NCBI RefSeq assembly: GCF_900289195.1
Contig: NZ_OMOH01000004.1
Span: 300,001-332,000, forward strand
Source of the DNA: Propionibacterium ruminifibrarum
Lineage (GTDB): Bacteria; Actinomycetota; Actinomycetes; Propionibacteriales; Propionibacteriaceae
Length of the DNA stretch: 32,000 nucleotides
Reading direction: 5' to 3'
In this document: piece after piece, positions 24,601 through 32,000 of the stretch
How positions within the stretch are numbered: position 1 is the first letter of the stretch
Layout of the letters: each line of letters begins with the position of its first letter
Translations under genes and position numbers: made by a program
The notes under the pieces: model-generated
Told to the model about the DNA's origin: nothing
Databases searched by the model: none
The model's input: only the letters and a program-made list of their open reading frames with translations

Positions 24601-25083
24601 CATGACTGCCGAGCGCAGGTCCTGGGTGAGGATCGCGACGCCGATGATGAGCGGCACGCTGGCGGCCATCATGAGTTGCGGCAGATATTTCGAGTAGTAG
24701 CCGTCGAGGGCGTCAAGCCCCTGCGTGACGAGCGTGATGAGCGTGCCGGAGGGCGCCGACGCGTCGTTGGGTTGCTGCAGGCGGGCCCGCATGACGTCGG
24801 TACGAAGCTGGGACTTCACGGCGGAGCAGGCGCGATGGGCGAACAGCTGCGAGACCCAGTTCAAGATGGCGCGTGCGGCGAAGACGGCCAGCAGCAGGAC
24901 CGCGGTGCGCGCGATACCGTCCATGTCGCCGGTGTCGACGACGTGTGCGACGCCGTCTGCGATGAGCCGCGCCTGGGCGAGCACGAGGAAGGCCGTCGCC
25001 ACGCCGACCAGCGCGATCGCGACGAGGAAGAATCTCGTCGCCCTGGCCCGCCTGATCAGGCGCGGGTCGAGTGGGCTCGGCAT
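21670..25083 (-). CDS. cydDC: Fused thiol-reductant ABC exporter CydD-CydC (single reading frame, two TMD-NBD halves)
   Basis: First half: CydD-like TMD plus an NBD (GPSGGGKS, LSSGERRRV, LLVLDEPTAGLD). Next, a Pro/Gly-rich linker of about 66 aa (about 23265-23463). Second half: CydC-like TMD plus an NBD (GPSGAGKT, LSGGEARRV, LVILDEPTEHLD). ATG 25083 is preceded by GGAGGAG. There is no stop or frameshift between the halves. Confidence 0.88.
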   Translation of the reverse strand: MPSPLDPRLIRRARATRFFLVAIALVGVATAFLVLAQARLIADGVAHVVDTGDMDGIARTAVLLLAVFAARAILNWVSQLFAHRACSAVKSQLRTDVMRARLQQPNDASAPSGTLITLVTQGLDALDGYYSKYLPQLMMAASVPLIIGVAILTQDLRSAVMIAVTIPLIPVFMALIGIATAKQVDRRFTQQTRLSNHFADLVAGLPTLQVFGRARAQLEGLRRTERAHRTETMRTLRLAFLSSFVLELLSTLSVALVAVSMGMRVVAGQFDLRTSLFVLILTPEVYLPIRQVGVHFHDSADGTAAAAQAFEIIERAEANASGGTVPAPDPARAPVILDDLSVTYPGAAGPALAPLSCRLDPGQVLVLAGPSGGGKSTALNVLMGFQPATSGRVLVGDVDLARIDLDSWRARIAYVSQDPAMLNGTIAENIRAGFPAADDLQLRAALDRAGGEALTLDHRVADEGEGLSSGERRRVALARALLRIELGGAGLLVLDEPTAGLDQDTEARAIAAVRSSGASAIVISHRPAMMETADQVVTVAMPPAPTEPAPRAETGTAAEPGPVDGPGSGADEDTFLLANGGHPHALDRRPPERNRLPGLDPSQCRVETPARLVGRLLAVVPAGYARLAGAALLAVCATGSSVGLMGVAGWLLSRAAEHPPVLHLMAAAVLVRFFGIGRGAFRYAERLLGHDLALRMESALRETIFARLARTTLLGRRRGDLLVRVTADVEGVLDIVVRVLVPFLGSGLVVVAASAVMWAFSPAAAVLLFVTSALAGFVLPWLGQRLSEQADRAVIPLRGDLGDEVRQMTRCAPELVAYGGAGTALARLQEIDGRLAAAEARAAWTRGLAAAGQMLLCGIAVTGGLLIGGRAVMAGTLLRRELAVLVLTPLALNESFNDLIKAAQSLTRARTALSRVLAIMTAEPVGRGDREIGVDNGVRELELDGLQVGWPDGPIVTEPVSLRIDPGERVALTGPSGAGKTTLAATVMGLIPPRGGRMRAPSGIGYLAQDAHIFATSITENVRIGNKDATDEQVRAALDAAGLRAMNPDREVGEAGATLSGGEARRVAMARLLVSRDRNRLVILDEPTEHLDHDTAEALMGDVWAGVGAAGVLVITHDPGLVEACDRRVGLRSAVRV

Positions 25084-25223
25084 CGGCCGGTCTCCTCCCC
25101 CAGTCGTTCCGCACTGCCGCCGTGGGCCCTCGCACACGATTTTTCACGATGATACCCATGAAAATAATGTCGGCAGGGCAACTCCCAGTGAGACCGTACC
25201 TGCATGGTCCCGCCGCCGGCGAC

Positions 25224-26360
<1,137 letters not shown>

Positions 26361-26374
26361 GGGTCGGTCACCTC

Positions 26375-27883
26375 TCAGTACGCGAAGGACATCGGGCGGT
26401 CGGTGTCGCTCGCGGCGGGAGCGACCAGTTCGGGCAGACCTTCCCTGATCGTCCGGATGAACAGCTTCAGCACGACCACGGCCACGGCGGCGTAGATCAG
26501 CGTGTACAGGACCATCGTGAGGAGCACGTCGAGTGCGCTGTTGCCCGGTGAGACGCCGGCGGCGGTGGGCAGGACGCCATAGACGATCCAGGGTTGACGG
26601 CCCATCTCGGTGAAGATCCAGCCGAAGGAGTTGGCGAACAGCGGCAGGAACGGCAGACACACCATGACGGCGGTGTAGAGACGGCCCCCGCCGGGGACAC
26701 GGCCGGCGCGGGTGAGCCACAGCATGACGGCACCGATGCCGATGGCCAGGCAGCCGAGGGCGATCATGAGGCGGAAGCTGTAGAAGCTCACCATCACGTT
26801 CGGCACCGGGTCGACCGGCATGTCCCTGAGTTCGGCGGCGAATGCCTCCTGCAGCTGGTTGACCTCGCCGTCGTTGTCCCGGTAGCCCTCGTCGAGGTAC
26901 TGCTGGCGCAGGTCCTGGATGCCCTGGACGGTGGCGTTCGGGTCGTGCTGGGCGAGGACCGACAGCACGTAGGGCACCTCGATGCTGAGCACCTTGTGGT
27001 AGGTGGTCTCGGCGCCCTCGCCCTCGGTGGTGATGATGGCGACGATGGAGAACGGCGCGCCCTCCTCGGCCTCGATGAGTCCCTCGGACGCGGCCAGTTT
27101 CATGGGCTGGTACTGGGTCTCGACCTGGGCCTGCAGGTCACCCGAGACGAGGGTGGCGGCGCCGGCGAACAGCAGCACCCAGGCGCCCAGGCGGGCGGAC
27201 TTGCGCCACGTGTCGACGTCGGCCTGCCCGCCTGCGTCGGCCAGGGCCTCACGCCGCTTGGCGGCGAGCCACCAGCCGCTCACGCCGAGCAGCAGGGCGC
27301 CGGCGACCATGAGTGAGGCGCCGATCTGGTGCGGGAAGGTGGCGAGGAAGAAGGGATTGGTGAGCACATCGGTGAAGCTCGACAGCTCGGCGCGTCCCGC
27401 CGCCTCGTTGTAGACGGCGCCGACCGGGTTCTGCATCCAGCAGTTGGCCGACAGGATGAAGGCGGCCGAGGCGGTGCTGCCGAGGGCGACGAGGTAGATG
27501 CAGGCCAGGTGCAGCGCCCTGGGCAGCCGGTTCCAGCCGAAGATCCACAGGCCGATGAAGGTTGACTCCATGAAGAAGGCGATCAGGGCCTCGAGCGCCA
27601 GGGGTGCGCCGAAGATGTCGCCGACGAACCGTGAGTACTCCGACCAGTTCATGCCGAACTGGAACTCCTGCACGATGCCGGTGACGACACCGGCGGCGAA
27701 ATTGATGAGCATGAGCTTGGCGAAGAACTTCACCAGGCGCAGCCATTGGTCGTCTCGCGTACGCATCCAGGCGGTCTGCATCCCGGCGATGAGCCAGGTG
27801 ATGCCGATGGTGATGGGTACGAAGAGGAAGTGGTAAACGGTGGTGATGCCGAACTGCCACCGCGAGAGAACCTCAGCGTCCAT
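26375..27883 (-). CDS. cydA: Cytochrome bd ubiquinol/menaquinol oxidase subunit I
   Basis: MDAEVLSRWQFGITTVYHFLFVPITIG...FGAPLALEALIAFFMESTFIGLW...FANSFGWIFTEMGRQPWIVYG (the conserved GRQPW motif). Length is about 502 aa from ATG 27883. Confidence 0.95.
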   Translation of the reverse strand: MDAEVLSRWQFGITTVYHFLFVPITIGITWLIAGMQTAWMRTRDDQWLRLVKFFAKLMLINFAAGVVTGIVQEFQFGMNWSEYSRFVGDIFGAPLALEALIAFFMESTFIGLWIFGWNRLPRALHLACIYLVALGSTASAAFILSANCWMQNPVGAVYNEAAGRAELSSFTDVLTNPFFLATFPHQIGASLMVAGALLLGVSGWWLAAKRREALADAGGQADVDTWRKSARLGAWVLLFAGAATLVSGDLQAQVETQYQPMKLAASEGLIEAEEGAPFSIVAIITTEGEGAETTYHKVLSIEVPYVLSVLAQHDPNATVQGIQDLRQQYLDEGYRDNDGEVNQLQEAFAAELRDMPVDPVPNVMVSFYSFRLMIALGCLAIGIGAVMLWLTRAGRVPGGGRLYTAVMVCLPFLPLFANSFGWIFTEMGRQPWIVYGVLPTAAGVSPGNSALDVLLTMVLYTLIYAAVAVVVLKLFIRTIREGLPELVAPAASDTDRPMSFAY

Positions 27884-28105
27884 GGCAGGCAGGCTAGGCC
27901 CTGCGACACCCTGACGCAAAAATCAGGGATCGCACCGTTCGCGTCCGGCTGACGAGTCCGCCCCCCGAACCTCTCGACAACTGTTTAGGTCTGGCCCCAG
28001 CCATACAAAACAGCCAGAGAAATTCCTTGTCGGAGAGGATTCTTCCGGTCATTTCACCTGTTGTGAACACGGCGCTCCCCAGCCGGGGGAGAACCCACTG
28101 GGAGG

Positions 28106-28729
28106 CTATGCCCGCAGGAGGAGGGGGGCGTCGGCGGGGTCGGTGAGACCCGCCGGCCAGGCGTAGGCCTCGGCCCGGCCACGGGCCCGTGACCAGGGCA
28201 CGGGGCCATCGAGGGCATCGGCCATGCCCATGTAGACGCCGAACAGTTCCGCGGTGGCCCGCGCATCCCCCAGGGCGGAGTGGGCGTGCTCCAGGTTGAC
28301 GCCCGCCGCCCGGCAGCAGTCGGCGAGCTTGAAGGTGGGCGGGCGGGGGCTCAGCAGCCTGCGGCCCAGGCGCATCGTGCAGGCCGAGGGCATCCGCTCC
28401 GGCGGCAGCTCGGTGCCGACGCGCCGCAGCTCGGAGTCGAGGAAGGACACGTCGAAGGACGCGTTGTGCGCGACGACGAGCCTGCCGCGCAGCTGGTCGA
28501 CGAGACGCCCGGTGACCTGTCCCAGGGTGGGGGCGGCGGCGACATCGCGTTCGGTGATGTGGTGCACGGCGGTGGCCCCCACATCGCGGCCCGGTTGGAT
28601 GAGCGTGCCCCACTCCCCCTGCCTGCGGCCCTGCTCGTCGAGCAGCACGACGCCTATCTCGACGATCCGGTCGCCCATTCTCGGCGAGAATCCGGTCGTC
28701 TCGAGGTCGAGCACTGCGTATCCGGGCAT
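28106..28729 (-). CDS. DEDDh 3'-5' exonuclease (DnaQ/DNA polymerase III epsilon-like, stand-alone)
   Basis: Exo motifs YAVLDLETTGF (Exo I), LVVAHNASFDVSFL (Exo II) and HSALGDARATAELF (Exo III, H-x4-D). Length is 207 aa from ATG 28729. The upstream 41 codons of the track ORF were not used. Confidence 0.85.
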   Translation of the reverse strand: MPGYAVLDLETTGFSPRMGDRIVEIGVVLLDEQGRRQGEWGTLIQPGRDVGATAVHHITERDVAAAPTLGQVTGRLVDQLRGRLVVAHNASFDVSFLDSELRRVGTELPPERMPSACTMRLGRRLLSPRPPTFKLADCCRAAGVNLEHAHSALGDARATAELFGVYMGMADALDGPVPWSRARGRAEAYAWPAGLTDPADAPLLLRA

Positions 28730-28949
28730 GCAGCGATTCTTGCACCCGGCACCGACCGGCCCGAGCCCCGTCCATCGACCCGGCGCCCACGACCGGCCGG
28801 AGCCCGGCCGTCTCACCACAACGGCCAGGACCCTCGCCTCGAAATGTCCCAATCCCCATGACCGGGGACCACCAAGACCGGTAGGTTCGGAACATCACCC
28901 CAGACCGGTCACCCCGGACGACCCGTCTCCATGGAAGGAGATCGACCTC

Positions 28950-30035
28950 GTGAGCGCACCCCAGCCGCCGGGCACCGGCCTGCCCGCCGCCCCGAAACCC
29001 GCCGGGCGACGTCCCGTGAACCAGCGGCTCATCGTCGGCATCGTCATCGCCCTCGCCCTCGCGATGGTCGCCGCCGGCATCGTGACCAGCTGGGTGCGCG
29101 ACCGCGGGACGCTGGGGAAGGCCCGGGAGGTCGTCGAGGACTACCTGACCGCCGTCGCCGAGGGGGACGCGGACCGGGCCCGCAGCCATCTGGACACCTC
29201 TCGCAACTATTCCGGGGACGACTCCCTGCTCACCGACGAGGTGCTCCGGGCCTCGAAGGAACGCGCGCCGATGAGCGGCATCGACGTCGGCGAGGCCACC
29301 AAGGATCAGGACCGATCGGCCACCTATCACGTGCCGGTCTCCTACACCGTCGGCGAGGACACGGTGTCCACCACCGTCGAGGTGCAGGTCATCAGCTCCC
29401 CCGACGATCCCGTGGTCATCAGCCTCACGCGTCTGAGGCTGGACCAGTACAGGGGTGCCGAGGTCACGGTCAACGGCGTCACCGCGCGCAGCAACGCCCC
29501 GGCCGTCTTCCCCGGCAGCTACACGGTGGCGCCCGCCAGCGAGTACCTCGAGATCGTCCGCGGCGACGTCGCGGCAACCGACGTCGCCAAGGAGGACTAC
29601 ACCCCGTCGAAGGAGAGCCATCTGGCCGTCTCCGAAGCAGGCGTGGAACTGTTCCGCGACAAGGTCGTCGCCGAGGCCGAGAGGTGCCTGGCCTCCACCA
29701 GGCTCGACCCGGGCTGCGGCGCCGTGATGCCCCAGCACCCGGACCCGGCCCTCTACTTCAAGTGCGCCGAGGTCAGGGAGGGCTCGGTCCACCGCTGGCA
29801 GGAGCCCGAGGAGGCCGCCAGGCTGCACTCGGTGACACCCGAACCCAAGATCGGGTCACCGACCGTCATCAGGGCAGATGGTGACCAGCTCGGCCGCATC
29901 AGGCTCACCGCCACCTGCCGCCAGGGCGACACCTGGAGCGAACGTGAAATGGACCGGTACGACCCGGGCACCCGGTTCGGTTCCCCGTCCCTCGACCTGA
30001 CCGATCCGGACCGGAAGATCATGTGGACCACCTGA
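28950..30035 (+). CDS. Single-pass membrane protein, paralog 1 of a tandem family (Pro-rich N-tail, TM helix, 4-Cys extracytoplasmic domain)
   Basis: GTG 28950 is preceded by GGAAGGAG. The N-terminus (V)SAPQPPGTG parallels MSTPQPP of paralog 2. TM helix LIVGIVIALALAMVAAGIV. Shared blocks are YLTAVAEGDAD.A, SLLTDEVLR, VNGVT...VFPG.Y, CLASTRL.PGCG, C.EVRE.SVHRWQEPEEAA and TATCRQGDTW. Confidence 0.7.
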   Translation: MSAPQPPGTGLPAAPKPAGRRPVNQRLIVGIVIALALAMVAAGIVTSWVRDRGTLGKAREVVEDYLTAVAEGDADRARSHLDTSRNYSGDDSLLTDEVLRASKERAPMSGIDVGEATKDQDRSATYHVPVSYTVGEDTVSTTVEVQVISSPDDPVVISLTRLRLDQYRGAEVTVNGVTARSNAPAVFPGSYTVAPASEYLEIVRGDVAATDVAKEDYTPSKESHLAVSEAGVELFRDKVVAEAERCLASTRLDPGCGAVMPQHPDPALYFKCAEVREGSVHRWQEPEEAARLHSVTPEPKIGSPTVIRADGDQLGRIRLTATCRQGDTWSEREMDRYDPGTRFGSPSLDLTDPDRKIMWTT

Positions 30036-30102
30036 CCCGCCGGCACGCCCTGTCCGGGCCGGCCCGTTCGTCCGGCTCGCCCCGACCAGGAAGGATCATT
30101 CC

Positions 30103-31326
30103 ATGAGCACACCCCAGCCACCGGTCCACGGCGCACCGGGCCCGTTCCCGATGGGCGGCCAGGCCCCCCAGAACGCGTGGCCCGGCCAGGCCCCCCAGAA
30201 CGCGTGGCCCGGCCAGGGCCCCTATGCGGGGGCCTGGCCCACGCCGGGCGGCACGCCCGCTCCGACGGGTCGCACCACTCGACCAAGGAGGACCCGGGCA
30301 GTCATCATCATCGGCGCGGTCGTGCTGGCGCTGATCATCGGCGCCGCCCTGACGCGCACCGCCCTGGGTGGCTCCGACGAGGACCTGTCCAGGAAGATCG
30401 TCGAGGAGTACCTCACCGCGGTCGCCGAGGGAGACGCCGACAAGGCCAAGGGCTTCCTGTCCTACTCCTCCGCTGACGAGTCCCTGCTCACCGACGAGGT
30501 GCTCCGCGTCTCGAACGAGCTCGCCCCGATGACGAACATCACCGTCGGCAGTGTCACAGCGAGCAGCGAACACGCCAACGACTACCTGGTGCAGGCCTCC
30601 TATGACATCGGGGACGAATCCGTCTCGACCACCATGACGGTGTTCATCACCAGCAGGAGGTCACTCCTGCCCAGCAAGAAAATCGTGACCATCACGGACC
30701 ACACAAGACTGTCACTGAGTTTGTTCGAAGACGTCGACTTCACGGTCAATGGCGTCACTCCCGACACGGACTATCCCGACGTCTTCCCCGGCACCTATGA
30801 GTTGGCGGTGAGCAACGAGTACCTCGAGATCACCGGCGACCCCATCGCGGCCCTCGACCCGGCCGGGAACGCCTATTCCCCCTTCGACACGGGTCCCGAC
30901 GGGCGGCGCGAGAAGAACACCGTGGGCGTCTCCGAGGCCGGCGTGCAGATGTTCCGCGAGAAGGTCGTCGCCGAGGCCACCGAATGCCTGGCCTCCACCA
31001 GGCTCAGTCCCGGCTGCGGCACCTGGGTGCCGCAACGCCCGGACAGAGAGTTACGATGCGAAGAGGTCCGCGAGGACTCGGTCCACCGCTGGCAGGAGCC
31101 CGAGGAGGCCGCCAAGCTGCAAAATGTCACGCCCGTCCACAGGCTCGGTCCGCCGACAACCCTCGAGGCCGTTTCCACCCAACTCGGCGACATCGAGGTC
31201 ACCGCCACCTGCCGCCAGGGCGACACCTGGACCGAACAGCGACTGTACAGCTATGAGGCCACCTATTTCGGCACCGCCTCCATCGACCTGACCGACCCGG
31301 ACCTCGCGGTCGTCTGGGGCCGCTGA
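30103..31326 (+). CDS. Single-pass membrane protein, paralog 2 of the tandem family
   Basis: ATG 30103 is preceded by AGGAAGGA. The Pro/Gly/Gln-rich tail carries a repeated GQAPQNAWP unit. TM helix AVIIIGAVVLALIIGAAL. It has the same conserved blocks and four Cys as paralog 1. Confidence 0.75.
   Translation: MSTPQPPVHGAPGPFPMGGQAPQNAWPGQAPQNAWPGQGPYAGAWPTPGGTPAPTGRTTRPRRTRAVIIIGAVVLALIIGAALTRTALGGSDEDLSRKIVEEYLTAVAEGDADKAKGFLSYSSADESLLTDEVLRVSNELAPMTNITVGSVTASSEHANDYLVQASYDIGDESVSTTMTVFITSRRSLLPSKKIVTITDHTRLSLSLFEDVDFTVNGVTPDTDYPDVFPGTYELAVSNEYLEITGDPIAALDPAGNAYSPFDTGPDGRREKNTVGVSEAGVQMFREKVVAEATECLASTRLSPGCGTWVPQRPDRELRCEEVREDSVHRWQEPEEAAKLQNVTPVHRLGPPTTLEAVSTQLGDIEVTATCRQGDTWTEQRLYSYEATYFGTASIDLTDPDLAVVWGR
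30157..30222 (+). repeat. 27-bp in-frame tandem repeat (ggccaggccccccagaacgcgtggccc x2 plus a partial third copy) encoding GQAPQNAWP units
   Basis: Copies at 30157-30183 and 30184-30210 are identical. A partial third copy lies at 30211-30222 (11/12 identical). Confidence 0.9.
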
Positions 31327-31436
31327 GCACGCCGGCACGGCCCACGTGCGACCCGGGCGCCGCCCGCACGGTTCATGACACGCCCGGCCGGCGACCGCGC
31401 GCCTGGGATGATGGTGCCGCGGAGAGGAGCACGCCC

Positions 31437-32000
31437 ATGAGCACACCCCAGCACCCCGGCGACGGCGACGCCGGGCAGCCGGCCGACTGGGCGAGCCGGC
31501 CGGCCAGGCCCGCCGACGGCTGGTGGCCGAGCCCAGCGGCGGCCGGCCCGGGCCACGAACCCACGGCCGCAGCACCTGCGTCCGTGCAGGGCGCCGTCAC
31601 CGGGCGGGCGGGGCGCCCGGCTCTCGCCGTGGCGTCCACCGGCGGATCGAGGGCGACGGTCGTCATCGTCGCCGCGGTCCTCCTGGCCATGCTCATCGCC
31701 GCCGTCACGCTGAGCACCGCCGTGAACTCGAACGAGGGCCGCGCCAGGCGGATCGTCAGGGAGTACCTCACCGCGGTCGCCGAGGGGGACGCCGAGAAGG
31801 CGCGCGGCTACCTGAGCGAGGTCGACGACGACTCCCTGCTCACCGGCGAGGTGCTCCGCGTCTCGAACGAGCTCGCCCCGATGACCGACATCTCCGTCGG
31901 CAGGGTGAGGCACTCGCGCTACATCAGCACGGACTACCAGGTGCGGGTCTCCTACCGGATCGGAGACGAGACGGTCTCGACCATCATGGATGTGTCCCTC
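31437..32000 (+). CDS. Single-pass membrane protein, paralog 3 of the tandem family (partial, runs off right edge)
   Basis: This gene is absent from the ORF track because it has no stop inside the window. ATG 31437 is preceded by GGAGAGGAG. My translation reads MSTPQHPGDGDAGQPADW...ATVVIVAAVLLAMLIAAVTL...RIVREYLTAVAEGDAEKARGYL...DSLLTGEVLRVSNELAPMTDISVG...YRIGDETVSTIMDVSL, collinear with paralog 2. Confidence 0.65.
   Translation, partial: MSTPQHPGDGDAGQPADWASRPARPADGWWPSPAAAGPGHEPTAAAPASVQGAVTGRAGRPALAVASTGGSRATVVIVAAVLLAMLIAAVTLSTAVNSNEGRARRIVREYLTAVAEGDAEKARGYLSEVDDDSLLTGEVLRVSNELAPMTDISVGRVRHSRYISTDYQVRVSYRIGDETVSTIMDVSL

Noticed and set aside
28053-28068. A Rex- or CRP/FNR-type operator upstream of cydA (TTCACctgttGTGAA, including the TTGTGAAC half-site).
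   Set aside because: The half-sites are everted (TTCAC...GTGAA) on both strands. Canonical Rex (TTGTGAA-N6-TTCACAA) and CRP (TGTGA-N6-TCACA) sites have the opposite arrangement, and no matching second half-site follows TTGTGAAC. The sequence also lies about 170 nt upstream of the cydA ATG, next to the stop of the exonuclease gene. It may still be a protein-binding inverted repeat, but I cannot assign it.

Overview
High-GC, actinobacterial-type chromosomal window. Sampled 60-nt lines in core genes are about 70-77% G+C. It is densely coding on both strands. I recognised no rRNA, tRNA, CRISPR array, transposase or integrase. Gene order, left to right: (1) A nucleoside/ribose salvage locus. A nupC-like permease (in-frame TGA, probable pseudogene) and an IUNH nucleoside hydrolase lie on the minus strand, divergent from a LacI-family repressor plus ribokinase, with a perfect 14-bp LacI-type palindrome between them. 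(2) An orphan small protein. (3) A DUF2975-like membrane protein, a short membrane ORF and a YozG-like HTH regulator, preceded by a 32-bp AT-rich near-perfect palindrome. (4) A compositionally deviant type IC (EcoR124-like) restriction-modification operon, hsdM-hsdS-hsdR, with 4-nt overlapping junctions and a 12-bp tandem repeat in the hsdS central spacer region. (5) A tightly packed three-gene operon in which pyruvate:ferredoxin oxidoreductase (nifJ) sits between a GltD/PreT-like flavoprotein carrying a ferredoxin domain and a cysteine-free DHOD/PreA-like barrel. (6) A lower-GC 578-bp intergenic region, then vapBC. (7) An MTH1187-family protein and yagU. (8) cydA-cydB and a fused cydDC. (9) A DEDDh exonuclease divergent from at least three tandem paralogous genes for single-pass membrane proteins with Pro-rich tails and four conserved Cys; the third runs off the right edge. 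Most other long ORFs in the track are antisense shadows typical of high-GC DNA. The items most worth follow-up are the DPD-like split flavoprotein pair flanking PFOR, the hsdS repeat, the palindromic operator and the tandem paralog array. All family assignments come from reading motifs by eye; no database search was possible.
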